Shown here one piece after another: positions 40,838 through 50,412 of a stretch of DNA of 64,000 nucleotides (positions within the stretch are counted from its first letter, which is position 1; the number at the start of each line of letters is the position of its first letter). The notes beneath the pieces were generated by a model, which saw only the letters and a program-made list of their open reading frames with translations, was not told the origin of the DNA and did not search any database. This DNA comes from an uncultured Gemmatimonadales bacterium (GTDB lineage Bacteria > Gemmatimonadota > Gemmatimonadetes > Longimicrobiales > RSA9), in NCBI GenBank assembly GCA_963708135.1, contig OY970192.1:64001-128000 (forward strand). The letters run 5' to 3'. The position numbers were made by a program, and so were the translations under genes.

Positions 40838-41000
40838 GGAGCCGGCGAGTAAGCACCCCTCACAGGGTCGCCGAAAACCGCTCACAGGTCGCCCCACACG
40901 GACACGCCTCGACCCCGGTTGCCAGTTATTCCCCACGAGGGCCGGCCGCACCCGCGACCGGCCTTCGTCGCGTGCGGGCGCCCGACGCGCTCCGCGCCCG

Positions 41001-41075
<75 letters not shown>

Positions 41076-41089
41076 TGGAACTTGACGCT

Positions 41090-41130
41090 AGCCCCGTGCG
41101 GCGCTCGACGCCGGGCGGGGCTTCGTTGTT
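41090..41130 (+). terminator. Intrinsic terminator-like hairpin closing the 16S-tRNA unit
   Basis: AGCCCCG..CGGCG / CGCCG..CGGGGCT followed by TCGTTGTT. Confidence 0.6.
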
Positions 41131-41562
41131 CGGGATGAACACATGCTCCTCACCGTCTCGGGTGGGTTCCGCCGGCCGGCGGCAGCTCCAAAGCCCGTGT
41201 GCGCACACGCACAGGCACACGGGTCCAATCCTCACCCGGCGCGAGCGAGGCGGCAGGTATCCGCGAACGAGACCAGAGCCGGCCCGACGGGAACCGCTTC
41301 CCGCGCAGGCGTTGCGTCGAGCCGCGGGCACCACGGCCTCGGCGCGACGACGGCCGCCTGCCCGAGTGGAGCGTCGAGACCGTTCACGCACGTCGAAAGG
41401 CATTCGGCGCATTCGGGCCGGCGGGGGAGCCCGGACGCGGCTTCGGAGTTATCTTTCGGCGGGCGTGGGGCTGGGACCTGCCCCGCGGGCCTCGTCCGCG
41501 GCAGCGCTGCGCGGGCGCCGGCCGGGGGCCCGCACCGGCACCGCAAACCGAACGGAGGCGGA

Positions 41563-41736
41563 GTGGCCAAGCGACAGAACTACGGATTCCAGAAGCGGCA
41601 GAAGGACATGGAGAAGCAGAAGAAGCGGGAAGAGAAGGCGGCGAAGAAGAGGGCGCGAAAGGAGGCCGCGGAGGACACGGGTTCATCCAGGGGCCCCGAG
41701 GAGCGCGAGGTTGAAGGATCCCCCGGATCGGTCTAG
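41563..41736 (+). CDS. 57-aa Lys/Arg-rich small protein
   Basis: GGAGG RBS plus GTG; AKRQNYGFQKRQKDMEKQKKREEKAAKKRARKE. Confidence 0.75.
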   Translation: MAKRQNYGFQKRQKDMEKQKKREEKAAKKRARKEAAEDTGSSRGPEEREVEGSPGSV

Positions 41737-41938
41737 CTCCCGGCGCGGACGAGGGTCGGCCGGCGCCGACTCGGCTGCCGGCCCGCTCCGCCCTCAGCAC
41801 CCACCGGCGGGAGGCCGGCGAATAGGCCGGCGCCGGCCCCGCCGGGGGACGTGGCCGCCGGGGGTTGTGCGAGCGGGACCCACCCCACCAACTTTATCGT
41901 GCTGATTCCCCCGACAACCGCTCCCGCTTGGAGACCCC

Positions 41939-43642
41939 ATGCAGAAGCTCTACGCACTGGCGCTGGCGGTCCTCGCCGTGCCCGCCGGCGTGGCGGCGCA
42001 GGTGCCGCCGCAGACCAGGCTCCCGCTGCACCACGCGGCCGCCCCGACGAGCCCGGACATCACGGCGGCCGACCTCATGACGCGGCTCTACATCTTTGCC
42101 GATGACTCGATGCAGGGCCGCGAGGCCGGCACCGCCGGGAACGTGAAGGGCACGGATTACATCGCGCACGAGATCGAGAAGATGGGGCTGGTCCCGGCCG
42201 GCGACGACGGTACCTACTTCCAGACGATCCCGCTCAAGGTGCGCACCATGGCGGAGACGTCCTCCCTGACGGTGGATGGGCAGGCGCTGGCGCTGTTCAA
42301 GGACTTCGTGCCGATGGCGCGCGCCTCCGCGAAGGCGGCGGGGCTCGCGATCGTGTACGGCGGCGAGGTGGGCGGGGCTTCCTCGCTCACGGCCGACCAG
42401 GCGGCCGGCAAGCTGGTGGTGCTGGGCGTGCCCGCGGGCGCGGGACTGCGTGCTCTCATGCGCAGCCGGCCGGAGGTGCCGGGGGCGGCGGCGGTAGCCG
42501 TCGTGGCGCTGGACAATGTGCCGCCTCGCTTCATGCCGTACCTGCGGCGGCCGCAGACCTTCGTGGACGACGCCTCGGCTGACGCGCAGCCGGAGCCGCC
42601 GCTGCTGCTGGTGACCAGGGAAGCGGCGGCGCGCATGCTGGGCGCTCCGCTGGACGGACTGGCCCCCGGAACGGCGGGTAAGACGGCCGCCCTGGATGTG
42701 CAGTACACGGTCGAGCCGGTCGAGTACCCGGCGAGGAACGTGGTGGGCATCGTGCGCGGCAGCGACCCGGCGCTCGCGGGCGAGTACGTCGCCATCGGCG
42801 CGCACAACGACCACATCGGCATGACGGCGCACCCGGTGGACTCGGATTCGATGCGGATCTGGAACCACGTGGTCCGGCCGGCCGGCGCGGATGACGGCGG
42901 CAAGCAGGCCAGCCCGGCGCAGCAGACGGAGGTGGACTCGATTCTGGCCGGGTGGCGGAAGGCGCACCCGGCTTCGGAGCGGCTCGATTCGATCTCGAAC
43001 GGCGCCGACGACGACGGCTCGGGCACCGTCTCGGCGCTCGAGGTGGCGCAGAAGATCGCCTCGCTGAAGCAGAAGCCGAAGCGGTCGATCCTCTTCGTCT
43101 GGCACGTGGGGGAGGAGAAGGGGCTGCTCGGGTCACGCTACTACACGGACCACCCGACGGTGCCGCGGGACTCGATCGTGGCGCAGCTGAACATGGACAT
43201 GGTCGGCCGCGGCGATGCCACGGACGAGACCGGGCACACCAAGGACGGCCAGGCGCTGCACGGTGACCCGAACTACCTGATGCTGGTCGGCTCGCGCCGG
43301 CTGTCCACCGAGCTCGGCGACCTGATCGAGAAGGTGAACACGGAGGACCACCACAACCTCCACTTCGACTACTCGTTCGACGCCGACGGGCATCCGGCCA
43401 ACATCTACTGCCGGAGCGACCACTACGAGTACGCGCGCTACGGCATCCCGATCACCTTCTTCACGACCGGGCTGCACTCCGACTACCACCAGGTGACGGA
43501 CGAGCCGCAGTACATCGACTACCCGCACATGGCGCGGATCGCGAGCCTGGTCGAGGACGTGGCCGTGCACGTGGCGGACATGGGCCACCGCCCGGTGGTG
43601 GACCACCCGAAGCCGGACCCCCAGGGGGCGTGCCGGCAGTAG
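41939..43642 (+). CDS. M28-family secreted peptidase
   Basis: GAHNDHIG, NGADDDGSG, GEEKGLLGS, LNMDMVG, RSDHY, HSDYHQVTD. Confidence 0.93.
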   Translation: MQKLYALALAVLAVPAGVAAQVPPQTRLPLHHAAAPTSPDITAADLMTRLYIFADDSMQGREAGTAGNVKGTDYIAHEIEKMGLVPAGDDGTYFQTIPLKVRTMAETSSLTVDGQALALFKDFVPMARASAKAAGLAIVYGGEVGGASSLTADQAAGKLVVLGVPAGAGLRALMRSRPEVPGAAAVAVVALDNVPPRFMPYLRRPQTFVDDASADAQPEPPLLLVTREAAARMLGAPLDGLAPGTAGKTAALDVQYTVEPVEYPARNVVGIVRGSDPALAGEYVAIGAHNDHIGMTAHPVDSDSMRIWNHVVRPAGADDGGKQASPAQQTEVDSILAGWRKAHPASERLDSISNGADDDGSGTVSALEVAQKIASLKQKPKRSILFVWHVGEEKGLLGSRYYTDHPTVPRDSIVAQLNMDMVGRGDATDETGHTKDGQALHGDPNYLMLVGSRRLSTELGDLIEKVNTEDHHNLHFDYSFDADGHPANIYCRSDHYEYARYGIPITFFTTGLHSDYHQVTDEPQYIDYPHMARIASLVEDVAVHVADMGHRPVVDHPKPDPQGACRQ

Positions 43643-43698
43643 GCGACGACGCCCGGGGCGGCCTGCCGTCCCGCCGCGGCGTTCCACGCAAGGTCACG

Positions 43699-43731
43699 AG
43701 CCCCGCCCGGAGCGTTTCCGGGCGGGGCTTC
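43699..43731 (+). terminator. Hairpin after the M28 gene
   Basis: AGCCCCGCCCGGA-GCGTT-TCCGGGCGGGGCT. Confidence 0.55.
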
Positions 43732-43752
43732 GTGCGAAAGAGAGGAGGCGGA

Positions 43753-44922
43753 ATGGAGGCAGCAGGCGAGCGGGAGCGCGCGGACGGAGCGGCGGCGCGG
43801 CCGGGCGAGGGTACGGCAGCGCGCGCCCGAGCGCTGCACGATCGCGCGCTCGTGTGGGACGCGCACATGGACACCCTGCAGCGCGTGCTCGTGCGCGGCG
43901 ACGACCTGGGCGAGCGGATGGGCGAGCAGACGGACCTCCCGAGCTGGCGGGAGGGCGGCTTCGGCGCGCAGGTGTTCGCCGTCTGGATCGACGGCATCTA
44001 CGCCCGCCGGCACGCCGCGCGGCGGGCGCTCCAGCTGATCGACGCCTTCCACGCCCAGCTCGCGCGCCACGCCGACCGGATGGCGCTCGCGCGCACCGCC
44101 GGCGACGTGCGCAGGATCACGGGGGAGGGGAGGCTCGCGGCGCTGCTCTCGATCGAGGGCGGCCTGGCCATCGAGGAGGACCTCGGCGTGCTGCGCAGTT
44201 ACCACCGTCTCGGCGCCACGTGCATGACGCTGACGCATGCCGGCTCGATCTCGTGGGCGGACGCCTCGACGGATGCGCCGCGCTCCGGCGGGCTCTCCGC
44301 CTTCGGCCGGCAGGTGATCGAGGAGATGAACCGGCTCGGCATGGTGGTCAACGTCTCGCACACCTCGGATGCCACCGTGCGGGCGGTGCTCGAGACCAGC
44401 CGCGCGCCGATCATCGCCTCGCACTCCTGCTGCCGCGCGCTGTGCGAGCACCCGCGCAACCTGACGGACGAGCTCATGCGGGCCATCGCGGACCACGGCG
44501 GCGTGATCGGCATCAACTTCTTCTCCGGATTCCTCGACCAGGACTTCCAGCGGGCGATGTTCGAGTCGCACGGCGACGTGCTCGCGGTGATGAAGGAGCC
44601 GGTGGACGTGGCGCCCGAGGCGCTCGACGCTCTGGCCGGGGAGCGGATGGCGGGCTTCTTCCACGGCACGCCGCCGCGGCCACCGTTCGAGCGTATCCTC
44701 GAGCACATCGAGCACGCCGTGCGCGTGGTGGGCGCGGATCACGTAGGCCTCGGCAGCGATCTGGACTCGCCGATGCTGCCGACCCCGGCGGGGATGGACG
44801 GTGTGGCGGACTACCCGAAGATCACCGAGGGGCTGCTGCGACGCGGCATGCGCGAGGCGGATGTCGAGAAGGTGCTCGGCGGGTGCTGGCTGCGGGTCTG
44901 GGGCGAGGTGGTAGGGGCTTAG
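43753..44922 (+). CDS. Membrane dipeptidase family (M19)
   Basis: DAHMD, SIEGG, TLTH, VSH, IASHS, HPRN, HVGLGSDLD. Confidence 0.92.
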   Translation: MEAAGERERADGAAARPGEGTAARARALHDRALVWDAHMDTLQRVLVRGDDLGERMGEQTDLPSWREGGFGAQVFAVWIDGIYARRHAARRALQLIDAFHAQLARHADRMALARTAGDVRRITGEGRLAALLSIEGGLAIEEDLGVLRSYHRLGATCMTLTHAGSISWADASTDAPRSGGLSAFGRQVIEEMNRLGMVVNVSHTSDATVRAVLETSRAPIIASHSCCRALCEHPRNLTDELMRAIADHGGVIGINFFSGFLDQDFQRAMFESHGDVLAVMKEPVDVAPEALDALAGERMAGFFHGTPPRPPFERILEHIEHAVRVVGADHVGLGSDLDSPMLPTPAGMDGVADYPKITEGLLRRGMREADVEKVLGGCWLRVWGEVVGA

Positions 44923-44959
44923 GCCGGCGAGCGGACCCACGGCGCGGGCCGGTGCACGA

Positions 44960-46381
44960 TCAGTCGGCGTGGCGGAGGACGCTGAGAGCCGCGTTGTGGC
45001 CGCACATGCCGTGGGCGCCGCCGCCGGGCGGGGTGGAGGCCGAGCAGAGGAAGAGCCCGTGCACGGGGGTGGCGTAGGGGTCGGCGCGGACCGCGGGGCG
45101 GAAGAGGAGCTGGCGCAGGTCGGCGATGCCGCCGTTGATGTCGCCGCCGACGAGGTTGGGATCGTAGTGCTCGGAGGCGGCGGCGGAGCGGGAGGCGCGG
45201 GCGAGGATAACGTCGCGGAACCCGGGGGCGAAGCGCTCGACCTGGGCCTCGATGGCTTCGCTCAGATCGGCGGTGGAGCCGTTGGGGACGTGGCAGTACG
45301 CCCAGGCAATGTGGCGGCCGGCGGGGGCGCGCGAAGGGTCGAAGAGGGTGGGCTGGGCGAGCAGGACGAAGGGCCGCTCGGGGAGGCGGCCCTCCCAGGC
45401 GGCGCGGTTGGAGGCGGCGATCTCCTCGGCCCTGCCGCCGAGATGGACGGTGCCGGCGCGGCGGCAGGCGTCGGCGCGCCAGGGGATCGGCGCGCAGAGG
45501 GCCCAGTCGAGCTTGAAGACGCCGGGCCCGTAGCGCCAGCGCTCGAGCTGGCGGCGGTAGTGGCCGGTGAGGCGGGGCCCGGCGACGGCGAGCACCTGCT
45601 TCGGGGTGAGGTCGAGCACGATGGCCTCGGCGGAGGGGAGCGGATCGAGGGAGCGCACCGGGGAGCCGGTGACGACGGAGCCGCCTCGTCTTTCGAGGAG
45701 TCCGATCAGGGCATCGGCGATGCGCTGGGAGCCGCCGCGGGCGAAGGGCCAGCCGACGCAGTGTCCTGCCACGGCGAGCATGAGGCCGAAGGCGGCGGTA
45801 GGCGGCAGGTCGAGCGGCTCGAGGGTATGGGCGGCGATGCCGGCCAGGAGCGCGCGGGCGCGGGCGCCGTGGAAGCGGGCGCGGCCGAGGCCGAGCGCGG
45901 AGCGCAGGCCGACGCGCCCGAAGCGAGCGATGAGGAGCGGGTGGTCGGGGACGCGGAGCAGCGGGCGCAGGGCGTCGTCGAAGAGGTCGCTCCAGCGCTC
46001 GACGAAGGGGTCCATGAGCTCCTGGTAGGGCTCGACGTCCGCGCGGTCGAGAGAGAGCGCCGTCTCGTGGGTCGAGCGGGCGAGGGTGGCGGCGGTGCCG
46101 TCGTCGAAGGGGTGCGCCATCGGCAGCTCGGGGTGCACCCACTCGAGGCCGTGCTCGGCCATCGGCAGCGCGCGGAAGAACGGCGATGCGGCGCCCATCG
46201 GGTGCACGGCGGAGCAGGTATCGTGGATGAAGCCGGGCAGCGTCAGCTCGGCGGAGCGGGTGCCGCCGCCCGGCCGGTCGGCGGCCTCGTAGACGAGGAC
46301 CTGCCGGCCGGCGCGGGCGAGAGTGACGGCGGCGGCCAGGCCGTTGGGCCCGGCGCCGACGATCACCACACGTGCCACCAT
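44960..46381 (-). CDS. FAD-dependent oxidoreductase, phytoene dehydrogenase-like (COG1233)
   Basis: IVGAGPNGL, HDTCSAVHP, NLVGGDINGG, CSASTPPGGGAHGMCG. Confidence 0.9.
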   Translation of the reverse strand: MVARVVIVGAGPNGLAAAVTLARAGRQVLVYEAADRPGGGTRSAELTLPGFIHDTCSAVHPMGAASPFFRALPMAEHGLEWVHPELPMAHPFDDGTAATLARSTHETALSLDRADVEPYQELMDPFVERWSDLFDDALRPLLRVPDHPLLIARFGRVGLRSALGLGRARFHGARARALLAGIAAHTLEPLDLPPTAAFGLMLAVAGHCVGWPFARGGSQRIADALIGLLERRGGSVVTGSPVRSLDPLPSAEAIVLDLTPKQVLAVAGPRLTGHYRRQLERWRYGPGVFKLDWALCAPIPWRADACRRAGTVHLGGRAEEIAASNRAAWEGRLPERPFVLLAQPTLFDPSRAPAGRHIAWAYCHVPNGSTADLSEAIEAQVERFAPGFRDVILARASRSAAASEHYDPNLVGGDINGGIADLRQLLFRPAVRADPYATPVHGLFLCSASTPPGGGAHGMCGHNAALSVLRHAD

Positions 46382-46581
46382 CGGGCCTCCTCGGTCCCGG
46401 TCCACCCCGTCGGAGCGCACGTCCCGCACCAGCGCGCCGTCGGCGGGTGAGGCCCGCGCGCTCAGACGCCGCGGCGCGGCCGGCACTGGGCCGGTTTGGG
46501 CGCGGCGGCCGCGTCGCCTATATTGCGCGTGCCGGTCCCGCGCGGCCGGAGCTCGCACCCACCCCCGGTAGGGAGATCATC

Positions 46582-48360
46582 ATGGCAGCCAATCGACGCA
46601 TGCCCGGCGCCCGTATGGGCGCGGCGCTGCTCCTGGCGCTGTGCGTGCCCGCGGCGACGCGCGCGCAGCAGCGGACGGCGGACCTCGTGCTGCGGAACGG
46701 CAGGATCGTGACCGTGGATGCGGCGCGGCCGGAGGCGCAGGCGCTGGCGGTGGTGGGAGACCGGATCGCGGCGGTGGGCAGCGACGCCGAGATCGCGCGC
46801 TGGGTCGGCCCGCGCACGCGCGTGATCGACCTCGGGGGCAAGCTGGCGGTGCCGGGATTCAACGAGTCGCACGGGCACTTCATGGGGCTCGGCGAGTCGC
46901 TGTTGGAGTTGAACCTGACAAAGGCGCGGAGCTGGAACGACATCGTGGCCATGGTGCGGGCGGCGGCGGCCAAGGCGAAGCCGGGCGACTGGATCGTGGG
47001 GCGGGGCTGGCACCAGGAGAAGTGGGACCGGGCGCCGCAGCCGAACGTGGAGGGGCTCCCCTACAATACCTCGCTGAGCGCGGCCTCGCCCGACAACCCG
47101 GTGCTGCTGGTGCACGCGAGCGGGCACGGCGCGTACGGCAACGCGAAGGCGTTCGAGCTGGCGGGGATCGGCCCGAAGACGCCGGACCCGGCTGGCGGCG
47201 AGATCGTGCGGGACGCGAAGGGTGTCGCGATCGGCATGCTGCGCGACAACGCGGTCGGGCTGGTGCGCGCCGCGATGCAGCGCTCGCAGGCGGGCCGCAC
47301 GAGCGCACAGGTGGAGGCGCGGGCGCGGCGTCAGGCGACGCTGGCGGCGGAGGACGCGATCCGGAAGGGGGTGACGAGCTTCCAGGACCAGGGCGAGTCG
47401 TTCCGCACGATCGCCATGCTCCGGGAGATGGCGGCCGAGGGGAAGATGCCGATCCGGCTGTACGCGATGGTGGGCGCCGCGCCGGCGGAGTCGCTGGCGC
47501 TCTACCTGCCGAAGATCCGGGTGGTCGGCTTCGCGAACAACCACTTCACGGTGCGCGCGATCGGCGAGATCACGAGCGACGGCGCGCTCGGCACGCACAG
47601 CGCGTGGTTCCTGAAGCCGTACGATGACGTGCCCACGACCACCGGGCTGAACGTGACGCCGATGGCGCGGATCCGGGCCATGGCGGAGGTCGCGCTCCGG
47701 GACGGCTACCAGGTGGCGGTGCACGCGATCGGCGACCGCGCGAACCACGAGACGCTCGACCTCTACCAGAGCATCTTCCAGGCGCACCCGCAGGCGAAGG
47801 ACCTGCGCTGGCGCATCGAGCACGCGCAGCACCTCGAGCCCTCGGACATCCCGCGCTTCGGCCGCATGCACGTGATCGCCTCGATGCAGGGGATCCACGC
47901 CTGCTCCGACGGCCCGTACGTGGTGAAGCGGCTCGGCGAGCAGCGCGCGCGGGAGGGCGCGTACGTCTGGCAGTCGCTGCTCAGAAGTGGCGCAACCATC
48001 GCCAACGGCACAGACGTGCCGGTCGAGGACGAGGACCCGATCCCGAACTTCGCCTGCTCCGTCTCGCGCACGCTCCGCGACGGCTCGCGCTTCTTCCCCG
48101 CGCAGTCCATGAGCCGCCTCGAGGCGCTCCGCTCCTACACGCTGGACGCGGCGTACACCGAATTCATGGAGAAGGAGAAGGGCTCGCTCACGCCCGCCAA
48201 GCTGGCCGATATCGTCGTTCTCTCGAAGGACATCATGACGGTGCCCGCGGCGGAGATCCCGCAGGCGAAGGTGCTTTACACGATCGTGGGCGGGAAGGTG
48301 CTGTACGAGGCGAAGGACGACGCGGCGGCGGCTGGTCGGGGCGTGGGGCGGGGCAACTGA
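46582..48360 (+). CDS. Secreted amidohydrolase (YtcJ / Amidohydro_3 type)
   Basis: PGFNESHGH, DGALG, HAIGDRAN, RIEHAQ, GTDVP, KGSL...KLAD. Confidence 0.92.
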   Translation: MAANRRMPGARMGAALLLALCVPAATRAQQRTADLVLRNGRIVTVDAARPEAQALAVVGDRIAAVGSDAEIARWVGPRTRVIDLGGKLAVPGFNESHGHFMGLGESLLELNLTKARSWNDIVAMVRAAAAKAKPGDWIVGRGWHQEKWDRAPQPNVEGLPYNTSLSAASPDNPVLLVHASGHGAYGNAKAFELAGIGPKTPDPAGGEIVRDAKGVAIGMLRDNAVGLVRAAMQRSQAGRTSAQVEARARRQATLAAEDAIRKGVTSFQDQGESFRTIAMLREMAAEGKMPIRLYAMVGAAPAESLALYLPKIRVVGFANNHFTVRAIGEITSDGALGTHSAWFLKPYDDVPTTTGLNVTPMARIRAMAEVALRDGYQVAVHAIGDRANHETLDLYQSIFQAHPQAKDLRWRIEHAQHLEPSDIPRFGRMHVIASMQGIHACSDGPYVVKRLGEQRAREGAYVWQSLLRSGATIANGTDVPVEDEDPIPNFACSVSRTLRDGSRFFPAQSMSRLEALRSYTLDAAYTEFMEKEKGSLTPAKLADIVVLSKDIMTVPAAEIPQAKVLYTIVGGKVLYEAKDDAAAAGRGVGRGN

Positions 48361-48430
48361 AAAGAGGAGCCCCGCCCGGTCCGAGGACCGGGACGGGGCG
48401 TGCAGCGTCCGGCCGCCGGAGACCGGAGCG

Positions 48431-49087
48431 CTACCTCCTCAGGGCCGCCGCCGCGGGGGCGTGGCCCAGCGTGATCGTCAGCCCTGCCGAGAGCGCCAGG
48501 TCGTGCTGGGCCTGCGACGAGACGTTCTCCAGGCCGCTGTCGAACGAGGACGTGAAGTCACGCGCCTCGAGGCGCAGCGCCACCACCGAGAACAGCTTCG
48601 CGTCCACGCCCGCGCCGAAATTCCAGGCGTAGTCCGTCTCCTTCTTCACGCCCGTGTACTTGTAGTCGTAGGTCTTGTACCCGAAGCCGCCGGCCAGGTA
48701 CGGCTCGAAGCGGTGGTTCACCGGCAGGTACAGCGCGAGGCCGGCGCCGTAGTTCAGGATGTTGACGTCGAACTTGTCGAATGCGGCGCTCTTCGAGTCG
48801 AGGGATGCGGGCGCGTACGAGACCACGCCCTGGACACCCAGGCGTTCGCCGATTCGCACGGTCACATCCCCGCCGTAGGCCAGCGAGCTCTTGAGCTCCG
48901 CATCCGCGAGCTCGATCGGCGTGTCGCCCTGCCCGATCATCGCGAAGCGCGCGGGCAGGCTGCCCGCGAAGAGCATTCCGCCGATCTTCGGCGTGACCTG
49001 AAGGCGCAGCGGCGTCTGTGCCGGCGCCGGCGCCGCGGCCACCACGCCAGCGAGCGCCGCGAGCAGCATCCAGCGTCCGTTCCTCAT
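48431..49087 (-). CDS. Outer-membrane beta-barrel protein
   Basis: Signal peptide, EPYLAGGFG, NFGAGVD, LRLEARDF, LSAGLTI; GGAGG RBS. Confidence 0.82.
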   Translation of the reverse strand: MRNGRWMLLAALAGVVAAAPAPAQTPLRLQVTPKIGGMLFAGSLPARFAMIGQGDTPIELADAELKSSLAYGGDVTVRIGERLGVQGVVSYAPASLDSKSAAFDKFDVNILNYGAGLALYLPVNHRFEPYLAGGFGYKTYDYKYTGVKKETDYAWNFGAGVDAKLFSVVALRLEARDFTSSFDSGLENVSSQAQHDLALSAGLTITLGHAPAAAALRR

Positions 49088-49374
49088 CCGAATCTCCTCC
49101 GCCCGCACCGGGGCGGTCGTCTGGTTTCGCGCACAGGGCGCGCGCGAGGGCCGCCCCGACCTCCGCGGTGCGGCTCCGCCCGCGACGGGAGCCCCGCGAT
49201 GCGAGGTCGGTGCCGTGCGGAGCGGCGCGCCCGGCGGCGCGTAAGGCAAGTTGCGACAAGGAGTTGCGAAATCGCCCCTTGGAGGGATCGCGGGCGATGC
49301 GGCGGGGCGATGCGCGACGGCGTCGGACGGAACGTCCCAGAGGCGGCAATCCCGTCAAGCCCGGAGGTGGCGGA

Positions 49375-50121
49375 ATGGAAGAGGTGATGCTCGAGCGGAT
49401 GACGTGGCCGGAGGTGGCGGCGGCGCTGGAGTCGGGGAAGCGGACGGCGATCGTCGCCTGCGGGGCGGTCGAGCAGCACGGGCCGCAGCTCCCGCTGCTG
49501 ACCGACGCGGCGCACGCGAGCCGCCTCGCGGTGGAGGTGGCGCGGCGGCTCGGGGATGCGCTGGTGGCGCCGACGATCCGGGTGGGCTGCTCGGAGCACC
49601 ACATGCATTTCCCGGGGACGATCTCCATCCAGGCGACGACGCTCGAGGCGCTCTACCGGGACACCTGCACGAGCCTGGCGCGCCACGGGTTCCGGCGGAT
49701 CTGCGTCTTCTCGGCACACGGCGGCAACTTCGCGCCGCTGGAGGAGATGGTGGAAGGGCTGCGGGAGGCGGTGGGGCCGGACGTCGAGGTGGTGGTGTTC
49801 ACTGACCTGCTGGCGGTGATCGGGATGTGGCGGCGGGTGGTGGAGGAGGAGACGGGGCTGGGCGAGCGGGTCGGCGGCCACGCCGACATCGCGGAGAGCT
49901 CGGTCATGCTGGTGCTGCACCCCGAGCTGGTGCGGGAAGAGCGGGCGGTGGCGGGCTACGTGCCGGCGCTCGAGCGGGGCGCGATCGACGAGATCATCGC
50001 GAGGGGCTTCCACACCGTGTCGCCGACGGGCGTGCTGGGGGATGCGCGTGGCATGACGAGGCGCATCGGGGAGCGCTGCATCGCGGAGATGGTGGAGCTG
50101 CTGGTCGGGGCGTTCGCGTGA
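49375..50121 (+). CDS. Creatininase-family protein
   Basis: MTWPEV, GAVEQHGP.LP..TD, GCSEHH..FPGT, HGGN, HA..AE, GVLGD. Confidence 0.92.
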   Translation: MEEVMLERMTWPEVAAALESGKRTAIVACGAVEQHGPQLPLLTDAAHASRLAVEVARRLGDALVAPTIRVGCSEHHMHFPGTISIQATTLEALYRDTCTSLARHGFRRICVFSAHGGNFAPLEEMVEGLREAVGPDVEVVVFTDLLAVIGMWRRVVEEETGLGERVGGHADIAESSVMLVLHPELVREERAVAGYVPALERGAIDEIIARGFHTVSPTGVLGDARGMTRRIGERCIAEMVELLVGAFA

Positions 50122-50211
50122 TGAGCTCCAGACCGTGGAGCAGGCCGGTGAGGTCGTGATTCTCGGGCGTCCTACCCGTCCTCCGGGGCCGGCGCCGGCG
50201 GCGCCGGCCGG

Positions 50212-50240
50212 TTGATGGGCCCGGCGGAGGGGTGTAGATT
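50212..50240 (+). promoter_or_regulatory. Putative sigma70 promoter of tRNA-Ile copy 2
   Basis: TTGATG-N17-TAGATT, 24 bp upstream of the tRNA. Confidence 0.6.
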
Positions 50241-50263
50241 CCGGGTCCGGAGCAGGATCGGAC

Positions 50264-50337
<74 letters not shown>

Positions 50338-50347
50338 TGGAAGGAAA

Positions 50348-50393
50348 GCACAGAGCCCCGCTCTTCGCCTCACGGCCGAGCGGGGCTCTGTGC
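50348..50393. terminator. Probable bidirectional terminator
   Basis: 16-bp perfect inverted repeat GCACAGAGCCCCGCTC / GAGCGGGGCTCTGTGC between the convergent tRNA and S9 gene. Confidence 0.75.
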
Positions 50394-50412
50394 GTGGTCG
50401 CCCGGTGGCCCG

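Noticed and set aside
44960..46381. Carotenoid biosynthesis gene crtI
   Set aside because: Matches the broad COG1233 oxidoreductase type and has no neighbouring crt genes
41076..50263. Prophage or integrative element between the tRNA-Ile copies
   Set aside because: No integrase, phage or conjugation genes; host-like composition; both tRNAs are complete
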